From an uncultured Eubacteriales bacterium (GTDB lineage Bacteria > Bacillota > Clostridia > Oscillospirales > Acutalibacteraceae), in assembly GCA_934491515.1 (NCBI GenBank), contig CAKSTF010000001.1, forward strand, positions 60,861 to 124,860: a stretch of DNA of 64,000 nucleotides. Direction: 5' to 3'. A program made the position numbers and the translations under genes. The notes beneath the pieces are model-generated. The model was given only the letters and a program-made list of their open reading frames with translations, was not told where the DNA came from and made no database searches. Positions 29,943 to 37,823 of this stretch are shown piece by piece. Every line of letters begins with the position of its first letter. Position 1 is the first letter of the stretch.

Positions 29943-30548
29943 CTACTTTTGCGGTCGCTCTTTAATTCTTGACCAGAAGAATATTATGCACTGACCCGGG
30001 ATACCAAGGAAAAATATCATCCACATCCGCGTTACAAACGGGACCAGGGTCAGGAAAAGCGAGGCTATCATACTCCACATCAAAAGGGACACAATAAGAA
30101 ATGTAAGCCGCGGGTTGAACCACACGCTGTTAAAGACAAGCCACACTATAAACGTTACCGGAACCGCCCACATAAATGTATACCATACAAGGCTTGCTCC
30201 GCCCGTTGCAAGGGAAACTATAACGTAAACCGCCGTGGCGATAAGCCATACAAGTCCCAAACTCATAAGCGTTATAAACGTGCGGTTTTTAACCTTGCGC
30301 TTTTTGGCGCCCGTAAAATCGGATGCGTCGCCGTCGTGTTTTTCGTTCAAAAGATAATCTACCGTAACCTCGAATTTATCGGCTATCGTTTTAAGCACCG
30401 AAATATCCGGCAACGATTCGCCGCGCTCCCATTTAGAGACCGCCTTGTCGGAATAATTAAGGCTTTCGGCAAGTTCAAGTTGGGTTATGCCGTCCGTTTT
30501 GCGTAATTCGGTTATGTTTTTTGCAATAACATGTTTAAGTTCTTCCAA
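29943..30548 (-). CDS. XRE-family HTH regulator with C-terminal 4-TM domain
   Basis: HTH ITQLELAESLNYSDKAVSKWERGESLP, followed by four hydrophobic helices. I prefer the TTG 30548 start, after GAGGTG. The track ORF extends to 30665. Confidence 0.72.
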   Translation of the reverse strand: MEELKHVIAKNITELRKTDGITQLELAESLNYSDKAVSKWERGESLPDISVLKTIADKFEVTVDYLLNEKHDGDASDFTGAKKRKVKNRTFITLMSLGLVWLIATAVYVIVSLATGGASLVWYTFMWAVPVTFIVWLVFNSVWFNPRLTFLIVSLLMWSMIASLFLTLVPFVTRMWMIFFLGIPGQCIIFFWSRIKERPQK

Positions 30549-30682
30549 AAATATCACCTCGTCATAATCTTTTTTGTCGCGCCCGCAAACACGGTGCAAC
30601 ATGTCTGTTTGACTGTTATTTTCACAATACAGTAGGATTATACCACAGTTTTTTCGGCTTTTCAAGAGGGATTCTACCGCAA

Positions 30683-30708
30683 GTAGAGTTGCATAAAATA
30701 TACTCTAC
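30683..30708. promoter_or_regulatory. Perfect 7-bp inverted repeat, candidate operator
   Basis: GTAGAGT (30683-30689), 12-nt spacer, ACTCTAC (30702-30708). It lies in the divergent region between the XRE and DegV genes. The 8-mer TCTACCGC also occurs twice (30673 and 30704). Confidence 0.3.
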
Positions 30709-30835
30709 CGCCGCGATTTTTGCTGTATACATAAAATAAGCAACGGTTTATTGTATTAAAAAGGAATTGTTTATATAATAGTTCAGCGCTCTTTCAAAAG
30801 CGCAAAACACATTATTATTGCAAGGAGTATTTCAG

Positions 30836-31723
30836 ATGAGTAATTTTATACTTTCATGCGAATCCACCGTGGATCTTCCGTTTTCCTATATAAACGGCAG
30901 GGGGCTTCCGGTTATTTTTTACACATACAATATAGGCGAGACCCAGTTTGAGGACGATATGGGACGCAACGATGCGGCGCTTCCCGATTTTTACAAAAAA
31001 TTAAGCGAGGGCGCGCTTCCCACAACTTCACAGATAAACGAGTACCGTTATCTTGAATTTTTTGAACCGCTTGTTAAAGAAAGCGACCTTTTGCATATAG
31101 TTTTCGGTTCGGGTATGACCTCTTCTATAAACGGCGCTTTAAGCGCGGCGGAACAGCTGCGTGAAAAATATCCCGACAGAAAAATCGTTATAATAGATTC
31201 CACCTGCTCCTGCGCGGGATACGGACTTCTTGTGGATTACGCGGCAGACTTAAAGGACGAGGGCAAAAGCCTTGAAGAAACGGCGGAACTTGTTGAGAAT
31301 ATAAAACATAACGTTCACCACCAGTTCTTTTCGACCGACCTTAAATACTTTAAGCGCAGCGGTCGTGTTTCGGGCGCTACCGCCACCATAGGCACGGTGC
31401 TTGGAATATGCCCGATTATGCACCTTAATTACGACGGCAGAATAATAGCCTATTCCAAAGCCAGAGGCAAAAAGAACGCCGTAAGAAAAACAGTTGAAGA
31501 AATGCTTGCACACGCGCGTGACGGCAAAAACTACAACGGAAAATTCTTTATATGCCATTCAAACTGTGAGGATCTGGCGCTGCAGACGGTGGCGGAACTT
31601 GAAGAAAACTTCCCGAATTTAAAAGGCAAAACAAAACTCCATGATATAGGCACTATAATCGCTTCCCACTGCGGACCCGGTACGGTTGCAATATTCTTTA
31701 TAGGCGACGAACGGGCAAAATAA
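30836..31723 (+). CDS. DegV-family fatty-acid-binding protein
   Basis: Start MSNFILSCESTVDLP after AAGGAG. DegV fold signatures run throughout. Confidence 0.9.
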   Translation: MSNFILSCESTVDLPFSYINGRGLPVIFYTYNIGETQFEDDMGRNDAALPDFYKKLSEGALPTTSQINEYRYLEFFEPLVKESDLLHIVFGSGMTSSINGALSAAEQLREKYPDRKIVIIDSTCSCAGYGLLVDYAADLKDEGKSLEETAELVENIKHNVHHQFFSTDLKYFKRSGRVSGATATIGTVLGICPIMHLNYDGRIIAYSKARGKKNAVRKTVEEMLAHARDGKNYNGKFFICHSNCEDLALQTVAELEENFPNLKGKTKLHDIGTIIASHCGPGTVAIFFIGDERAK

Positions 31724-31733
31724 AAAGCGCACA

Positions 31734-31767
31734 AAACCGCCTGCGTTATAAAACGCAGGCGGTTTTT
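31734..31767 (+). terminator. Intrinsic terminator
   Basis: 14-bp stem AAACCGCCTGCGTT/AACGCAGGCGGTTT, loop ATAA, followed by a T-run. Confidence 0.75.
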
Positions 31768-31815
31768 ATTTATAAATGATACAATTCAAACATTTTTTCG
31801 ACCGTTTTAATATTC

Positions 31816-32085
31816 TCAGTCGGGACTTTGCTCTTTAAGTTCCTGCAATTTACTTATACATTCTTTGCAGACTGTCTGGCCGTTGTACTCAACGCTTTCA
31901 GCCAGCTGTCCGCAGAAAATACAGGTGGGTTCGAACTTGCGCAAAACAATGCTTCTCCCACTCATATAAATTTCAAAACTGTCTACATTGTTTTCTATGC
32001 CGAGGTGCTCTCTGATCTCCTTGGGTATTACTACCCTTCCCATTTTGTCAACAGGTCTTACCATGCCGGTGGATACGTAGTCCAT
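31816..32085 (-). CDS. AbrB/SpoVT-type DNA-binding protein with C-terminal CxxC...CxxC zinc-ribbon-like tail
   Basis: 89 aa. MGRVVIPKEIREHLGI is the swapped-hairpin motif. The C-terminus carries CIFCG...CKEC. Its ATG directly abuts the ung stop (TAAATG). Confidence 0.75.
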   Translation of the reverse strand: MDYVSTGMVRPVDKMGRVVIPKEIREHLGIENNVDSFEIYMSGRSIVLRKFEPTCIFCGQLAESVEYNGQTVCKECISKLQELKEQSPD

Positions 32086-32754
32086 TTAAACTACCTCCCA
32101 ATCAATAATTTTTTGACCGCTTGCCGCCAATATCTCATTACATTTTGAGAAATGACGACACCCGAAAAAGCCTGAATACGCCGAAAGCGGACTGGGGTGC
32201 GGCGCCTTCAATTTGAAATGTATCGGATTTTTGATAATTTCTGCTTTTTTGCCGGCATTTGCTCCCCACAAAAGGAACACAACCGGTTTTTCTTTTTTAT
32301 CAAGTTCGGAAATAACGCGGTCGGTGAAATTTTCCCAACCCCTGCCCTTATGGCTGTTAGGCTGTCCTGCACGGACCGTGAGCACTGCGTTTAAAAGCAG
32401 CACGCCCTGTTTGCTCCAGCAGGTCAGATCGCCTGTTTCGGGCGGCGTTATGCCGATGTCGCTTTCAAGTTCTTTATATATATTAACAAGACTCGGCGGC
32501 GGTTTTATTCCGCGGCGCACCGAAAAGCAAAGTCCGTGCGCCTGACCCGCGCCGTGGTAAGGGTCCTGACCGATTATTACTACGCGCGTGTCCGCGTAAC
32601 TTGAATTTTTAAGCGCGTTAAAAATATCGGAAGCGGCAGGATACACCGTGTGCTCGCGATATTCGCATTTAAGAAATTCGCGCAGTTCCTTATAATACGA
32701 TTTTTCCCATTCGTCTTTTAATATCTCGTCCCAATCATTACCTATTTTAATCAT
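32086..32754 (-). CDS. ung: Uracil-DNA glycosylase (family 1)
   Basis: The ATG at 32754 gives MIKIGNDWDEILK. Motifs GQDPYHG and HPSPLS. The track's longer ORF overlaps the upstream gene. Confidence 0.93.
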   Translation of the reverse strand: MIKIGNDWDEILKDEWEKSYYKELREFLKCEYREHTVYPAASDIFNALKNSSYADTRVVIIGQDPYHGAGQAHGLCFSVRRGIKPPPSLVNIYKELESDIGITPPETGDLTCWSKQGVLLLNAVLTVRAGQPNSHKGRGWENFTDRVISELDKKEKPVVFLLWGANAGKKAEIIKNPIHFKLKAPHPSPLSAYSGFFGCRHFSKCNEILAASGQKIIDWEVV

Positions 32755-32768
32755 ACGGGCACCGTCTT

Positions 32769-33374
32769 TTAAATTATATCGTAAACTTCGATAATTCCGC
32801 TTGAATGATAAAGCGAGGGCGTCACCACTACGGAATATCCCCTGCCCGGTTCGCTTGTCCACTCCACAGAGCGTTTCCGCGGTACGGCACAGGCTGCAAG
32901 AAGCATCATAACAGCGCCGCCGTGCATTATAACGGCAGAGGAAGTAACGCCGTTTTTCATCATATCGCAAACCACGGAATTTATACCTAAAACAATGCGT
33001 TTAACAAAGTTTTCGGAAGTTTCGCCGCCGGGGCAATCGGCACGCTTGCCGCTTGTCCATTCAAGATATTTGGTGCAGTTTTCAAGTTCTGCCGCAGTCT
33101 TGCCCTCAAATTCACCGAAATCATATTCGGTAAGTTCTTCTATAACCTTGGGCTCAAATCCCGGATAGAGCACCTCTGCACTCTGCCTTGCACGAAGCAT
33201 AGGGCTTGTGTAAAGCGCGCCTATATCGGGGTAATCAAGCGTATGCCTTAAATCTTCAAGTTCGCGTTTACCCTCGGGAGAAAGCGGCAGATCGGTTCTG
33301 TTGCCTATATACCGTCCGTCCGCGTTGGCGTCCGTAAGGCCATGCCTTATAAGATGTATTTTATAGGTCTTCAT
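32769..33374 (-). CDS. Histidine phosphatase (phosphoglycerate-mutase family)
   Basis: 201 aa with the LIRHGLTDAN (RHG) motif. Confidence 0.85.
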   Translation of the reverse strand: MKTYKIHLIRHGLTDANADGRYIGNRTDLPLSPEGKRELEDLRHTLDYPDIGALYTSPMLRARQSAEVLYPGFEPKVIEELTEYDFGEFEGKTAAELENCTKYLEWTSGKRADCPGGETSENFVKRIVLGINSVVCDMMKNGVTSSAVIMHGGAVMMLLAACAVPRKRSVEWTSEPGRGYSVVVTPSLYHSSGIIEVYDII

Positions 33375-34456
33375 ACCGTCAACTCCGTTATAATGCTGTT
33401 TGAAAGCAACATTCCCTTATCGGTAAGCCGCACCGACGTGCCGTTTGATATTATATATCCCGCCCTTTTTAAAGGGTCCAGTTTTTTTAAGACTGTTTCC
33501 GGCACGGTGCCGTACACCGCCTTAAGGTCTACACCCTCTTTAAGCCGCAAACCCAGCATTATGCGTTCTGCGCGGCTTCCGCCGTCTCCGTCCTCCACGG
33601 GAGGTTCAAGGTTTAAAAAGGCTTTCATATCCCTTTTGTAATACGACCTTTTGCCGTTAATATAAGAATGTGCCGCAGGACCTAAACCCAAATATTCGCC
33701 GCCCTGCCAATATTTCAGATTATGGCGGCTGCAAAACCCGGGTTTTGCAAAATTCGATACCTCGTAATGCGTGTAGCCCGCCCCTTCAAGCCTTTCGCAG
33801 GTGTAAAGGTACTGGTCTGCCGCAGCATCATCATCGGGAAGAGGAATATCCTCAAAGAAAAGTCTGGTCCGCGGTTCTTTTTTCAGTATATATGCCGATA
33901 TATGCTCGGGCTGTAAAGAAAGAACAAAATCAATATCCGCCGCCAATGTATCAAGACGGCTTCCGGGCAGAGCAATCATAAGGTCAAGCGACATATTCTT
34001 TATGCCGCATTTCCGGATAAGCGAAACGGTGTTTAAAACATCGCTTACCGTGTGCCTGCGGCCGAGCGTTTCAAGCATTGCGTTATTGCCGCTTTGAACG
34101 CCGACGGATATCCTGTTAACGCCGGACTCCGCCGCTGCGGGGATAAATTCCGCCGCTGATTCGGGGTTTACTTCCGCGGTTATTTCCGCATCGGGCAAAA
34201 CATTGAAATTTTCCCTTACATCTTTAAGCAAACGCTTAATATCACGCCCTAAAACGGACGGCGTTCCGCCGCCGATATACACGGTATCAAAGGTGCGGTC
34301 TTTAAACTGTCCGCCCCGCAATTTTGCCGTGCTGCCTATTGCCGAAAGATAATCGTTTATTCCGTTCCCGACAGGGAAAGCCGAAAAGAAATCGCAGTAA
34401 GCGCATTTTCTTTGGCAAAACGGAACATGGATGTAAAGTCCCGAAGGCTCAGTCAA
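33371..34456 (-). CDS. hemW: Radical SAM heme chaperone HemW (HemN-like)
   Basis: 361 aa. CQRKCAYCDF (CxxxCxxC) and a HemN_C-like tail. Confidence 0.9.
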   Translation of the reverse strand: MTEPSGLYIHVPFCQRKCAYCDFFSAFPVGNGINDYLSAIGSTAKLRGGQFKDRTFDTVYIGGGTPSVLGRDIKRLLKDVRENFNVLPDAEITAEVNPESAAEFIPAAAESGVNRISVGVQSGNNAMLETLGRRHTVSDVLNTVSLIRKCGIKNMSLDLMIALPGSRLDTLAADIDFVLSLQPEHISAYILKKEPRTRLFFEDIPLPDDDAAADQYLYTCERLEGAGYTHYEVSNFAKPGFCSRHNLKYWQGGEYLGLGPAAHSYINGKRSYYKRDMKAFLNLEPPVEDGDGGSRAERIMLGLRLKEGVDLKAVYGTVPETVLKKLDPLKRAGYIISNGTSVRLTDKGMLLSNSIITELTV

Positions 34457-35021
34457 GTATTATACCCGTGCAGGAACCGGGTACCGCCGCCGCGTTTGCT
34501 TCGTCGGTATCAATATGCATTGCAAGCGCGTATTTATCGCTTACGCGTGCTACAACGTCGTCAAATATAAGCGCCCTGCCCTCGGTGGGGATCTTTACCT
34601 TAACTATCTGCTTATCGGCAATGCCGTAACGTTCGCCGTCGGCAACTGTCATATGAATATGACGCTTAGCCGCGATAACGCCTTCTTTCAGTTCAACTTC
34701 ACCGCAGGGGCCTACAAGGCGGCAGCTGCCGCTGCCCTTAACATCGCCCGATTCACGAATCGGTGCCTTCACGCCGAGCGCGCGCGCGTCGGTAAGGGAA
34801 ACCTCTACCTGGTCTTCAGGACGGCAGGGTCCTAAAATAGACGCTTTAAGGCTGCCTTTTTCGCCTACTATTTCAACCTTTTCCTCGCAGGCAAACTGAC
34901 CCGGCTGTGAAAGGTCTTTTTTGGGAGTGAGTTTATGACCCTTGCCGAAAAGAGTTTCCAAAGTCTGCTCCGTAACATGTACGTGACGCGCCGAAATTTC
35001 AACTTTTACTTCTTTAACCAT
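34449..35021 (-). CDS. pduL: Phosphate acyltransferase PduL
   Basis: 190 aa with two PTAC repeats (ISARHVHV and AAKRHIHM). Overlaps the hemW start by 8 nt. Confidence 0.85.
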   Translation of the reverse strand: MVKEVKVEISARHVHVTEQTLETLFGKGHKLTPKKDLSQPGQFACEEKVEIVGEKGSLKASILGPCRPEDQVEVSLTDARALGVKAPIRESGDVKGSGSCRLVGPCGEVELKEGVIAAKRHIHMTVADGERYGIADKQIVKVKIPTEGRALIFDDVVARVSDKYALAMHIDTDEANAAAVPGSCTGIILD

Positions 35022-35189
35022 TTGTTATCTTCTCCTTAAAACAGCGCAAAACAAATTTTTCGCCTGCTTTTTGAAATGAATAAATTATTTCCTATTCTAT
35101 TTTACCATATTTTGTGAAAAATACAAGTTTTTTCTGCAGCCAATCTGCTGTTTTGAACAATTCGTTAAACTGTTAACAATTTGCACAGC

Positions 35190-36347
35190 TTACTTGCAAA
35201 GTTCTTTCGCAAGTAGCACAATACTTTCTTCCGTTTCATCGTTTAAAGCCGATAAAACGGTAACTTTATTCTGTGCAAACGTAATATTTTTGCTCTTTTC
35301 AAACATTCCCGACATAACTTTTGCGGCAACCGGCGCCCACGAACCGTTTTCGATAAAAGCGATCGTTCTGTTTTGGTAGTTACGCTCGGTCAGGTGTTCG
35401 ATAAACTGACGCATAAAGGGGAAAATATCGCCGTTATATGTTGTTGTGGCAAGGACAAGCGTACCGTAACGGAAAGCGTCCTCAACGGCTTCCGCCATAT
35501 CGCAGCGCGCAAGATCGTTAACCACTACCTTTTGACAGCCGTTTTCCTTTAGTTTTTCCGCTAAATACCTAACCGCCTTTTCGGTGTTTCCGTACACGGA
35601 GGTATACGCTATCACAACGCCGTCGCTTTCAACCGCATAAGACGACCATGTGTTATAAAGGTCAATATAATATCCGAGATTTTCGGTAAGCACGGGACCG
35701 TGCAGTGGGCATATTTTTTCAATTTCAATGCCCGAAAGTTTTTTAAGCAGTGCCTGAACCTGCGCGCCGTACTTGCCCACTATTCCGAAATAGTAGCGCC
35801 GCGCTTCGCAAGCCCAGTCCTCCTCCGCGTCAGAAGCGCCGAATTTTCCGAACGCGTCGGCGGAGAAAAGCACCTTGTCCTTTACATCGTAGGTCATAAT
35901 AACTTCCGGCCAGTGCACCATGGGCGCCGCCGTAAATTTAAGTTCGTGTTTTCCGAGTGACAGCGTGCCGCCGTCTGCCGCTGTTATTCTGTTTTTTACG
36001 GCTTCTTTGCCGAAAAAGTTATCCATCATAACAAACGCTTTTGCGCTTGCGCATACTGCGGCGGTCGGATATTCTTTCAAAAATGCGGTTACGCTGCCCG
36101 AATGGTCGGGTTCCATATGCTGAACCAAAAGATAATCGGGCGTTCTGCCGTTAAGCGCGGTTTTAAGGTTTGAAAGCCACTCGGCGGTAAAGCGCGCGTC
36201 CACCGTGTCCGTAACAGCGATTTTTTCGTCAATTATAACGTAAGAATTGTACGCCATTCCGTTCGGGATTATGTACTGACCCTCGAAAAGGTCGGTCACC
36301 CTATCGTTTACGCCGATATAAAAAATATCTTCTGTTATTTTTTTCAT
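35190..36347 (-). CDS. fprA: Flavodiiron protein (FprA-type: MBL domain plus flavodoxin domain)
   Basis: Start MKKITEDIFYIGVNDR after GGAGGAAGAG. Diiron motif HMEPDHSG. C-terminal flavodoxin-like domain (YTSVYGNTEK). Confidence 0.88.
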   Translation of the reverse strand: MKKITEDIFYIGVNDRVTDLFEGQYIIPNGMAYNSYVIIDEKIAVTDTVDARFTAEWLSNLKTALNGRTPDYLLVQHMEPDHSGSVTAFLKEYPTAAVCASAKAFVMMDNFFGKEAVKNRITAADGGTLSLGKHELKFTAAPMVHWPEVIMTYDVKDKVLFSADAFGKFGASDAEEDWACEARRYYFGIVGKYGAQVQALLKKLSGIEIEKICPLHGPVLTENLGYYIDLYNTWSSYAVESDGVVIAYTSVYGNTEKAVRYLAEKLKENGCQKVVVNDLARCDMAEAVEDAFRYGTLVLATTTYNGDIFPFMRQFIEHLTERNYQNRTIAFIENGSWAPVAAKVMSGMFEKSKNITFAQNKVTVLSALNDETEESIVLLAKELCK

Positions 36348-36496
36348 TTTCTCTTCCTCCGTATAGCAAAGCAATTATTATACCGTTTTGCGCAAAGCGC
36401 GCATACGGTGTTTTTTAATGTTCAGTTTCATTTTTGCGCGCCCGGCATATAATTTAACGTAGGTCATAATATTATTATAAAAAGGGGCGATGAACC

Positions 36497-36748
36497 GTGA
36501 ACGGAAATTTTGATATCAACAAACTTAAATCGCAGATTATAAAGGCTTCCGGCGGAAAAATAAGCCGTCAGGCGCTTGACAAGGCCGGCAGCGGAAACAT
36601 TGCGGAACTGTTTTCCTCCTTAGGGGAAAATGAAAAAGCCGCACTTTCCCGCGCGCTTTCAAACAAAGATGCCGCGCAAAAAATACTTAACAGCAATGAA
36701 GCCAAAAACATAATGAACAACTTTAAAAAGAGCAATTCCGATGGATGA
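36497..36748 (+). CDS. Hypothetical small protein A
   Basis: 83 aa with a GTG start after AAAGGGG. Helical, low-complexity sequence. Confidence 0.5.
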   Translation: MNGNFDINKLKSQIIKASGGKISRQALDKAGSGNIAELFSSLGENEKAALSRALSNKDAAQKILNSNEAKNIMNNFKKSNSDG

Positions 36749-37082
36749 TATAAACGCACGTCTTGCGGAAATACTTAACGATCCCGAAAGTATGAACCGC
36801 GTACGCGAAATGGCGGAAAATCTTTTAGGCGGAGAAGAATCCGCCGAAACCGGCCCTCCTGCCGTTCCGGACGTCGGCATCGACGCCGCTTCGCTTGCAA
36901 AGATAACCGGCATAATGTCAAAACTGAAATCCGCGGGCGACGACAACCGCACGGCGCTGCTTAACGCACTGAAACCGCATTTAAGCGAGGAACGCCGCAA
37001 AAAGGTAGACACCGCCGTTAAACTGCTGCGGCTTATAGAACTGCTGCCCTACCTGAAAGACAGCGGATTGCTTGATTTTTAA
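36741..37082 (+). CDS. Hypothetical small protein B
   Basis: 113 aa. Overlaps protein A by 8 nt. Confidence 0.55.
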   Translation: MDDINARLAEILNDPESMNRVREMAENLLGGEESAETGPPAVPDVGIDAASLAKITGIMSKLKSAGDDNRTALLNALKPHLSEERRKKVDTAVKLLRLIELLPYLKDSGLLDF

Positions 37083-37155
37083 AGCGTTTCGCGGCAGCAA
37101 ACAACAAAAAAGCAATTACTGATCATCTTGTATACAAAAGGGAGGCGGCGCCGCC

Positions 37156-37506
37156 GTGCAAAAAAACAACGATTTTTTCTTTGACCGGCAACAGGCGGTG
37201 GAACGTATGCGCGAAATGAGCGCGCGTTCCATTGACAGCGATATGCCTCCCGTGCCGCATTTTGCAAAGTTAAGAAACGGCGAAGGGAGCGCAAAACCCC
37301 GTGCACGCGAACCTGCAAAAGCGCCGCCCAAACCGACGGAAAACCACGGTGCCGCGGCAGGTTTTCCCGGGCTTTCGGACATTCCGTTTTTAAAAAATAT
37401 AGGCTGCGACGGTGACGTTTCTCTGCTTTTGGGGCTGTTCCTGATCCTATCCGCCGAAAAGGCGGATAAACTGCTTTTATATGCACTTTTGTACATACTG
37501 ATGTAA
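37156..37506 (+). CDS. Hypothetical small protein C (C-terminal hydrophobic helix)
   Basis: 116 aa. GTG start after GGGAGG. The tail is VSLLLGLFLILSAEKADKLLLYALLYILM. Confidence 0.5.
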   Translation: MQKNNDFFFDRQQAVERMREMSARSIDSDMPPVPHFAKLRNGEGSAKPRAREPAKAPPKPTENHGAAAGFPGLSDIPFLKNIGCDGDVSLLLGLFLILSAEKADKLLLYALLYILM

Positions 37507-37603
37507 CGGCAATTTATCGCCGCGTCGAAAATGCATATAAGTTGTCGGTTTTTGCATTTTTTGTTGTTATGTTAACCTGTACAACCGTTTTATGTTATTA
37601 ACG

Positions 37604-37681
37604 TTATCCACCGATTATTCAACCGCAAAAGGGGTATAACAATCGTTTTTCGCAGTTTTTAACCTGTTTTTCGGTGGATAA
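37604..37681. other. Inverted pair of DnaA-box-like 9-mers
   Basis: TTATCCACC at 37604-37612 and its reverse complement GGTGGATAA at 37673-37681. Each matches the TTATCCACA consensus at 8 of 9 positions. Confidence 0.3.
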
Positions 37682-37738
37682 CTCGGTTAAAAAGTAGAAT
37701 ACCTTTATATGCACCTATAAAACGAATAATATTTTATG

Positions 37739-37770
37739 TGAACCGAAAATTTATTTTCGGTTCATTTTTT
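37739..37770 (+). terminator. Strong plus-strand intrinsic terminator far from any plus-strand CDS
   Basis: 11-bp stem TGAACCGAAAA/TTTTCGGTTCA (37739-37764), followed by TTTTTT. It lies 233 nt after the nearest plus-strand stop. Confidence 0.65.
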
Positions 37771-37823
37771 GTCACCCGAAAATTCCTGATTTACCGAAGG
37801 ATCGGGATGATTTAACAACCGTT

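Noticed and set aside
36381-36418. Hairpin plus T-run (ACCGT..TGCGCAAAGCGCGCA..ACGGT TTTTTT) that looks like a plus-strand terminator upstream of the small-protein operon.
   Set aside because: No plus-strand gene lies upstream for it to terminate. It overlaps the likely promoter and 5' UTR of fprA on the other strand. It could be an operator palindrome, but I cannot match it to a known regulator motif (Rex, PerR).
37560-37700. Calling this region oriC.
   Set aside because: It has only two DnaA-box-like 9-mers, each 8 of 9 to consensus. It has no obvious AT-rich unwinding element and no dnaA/dnaN nearby. It is reported only as a curiosity.
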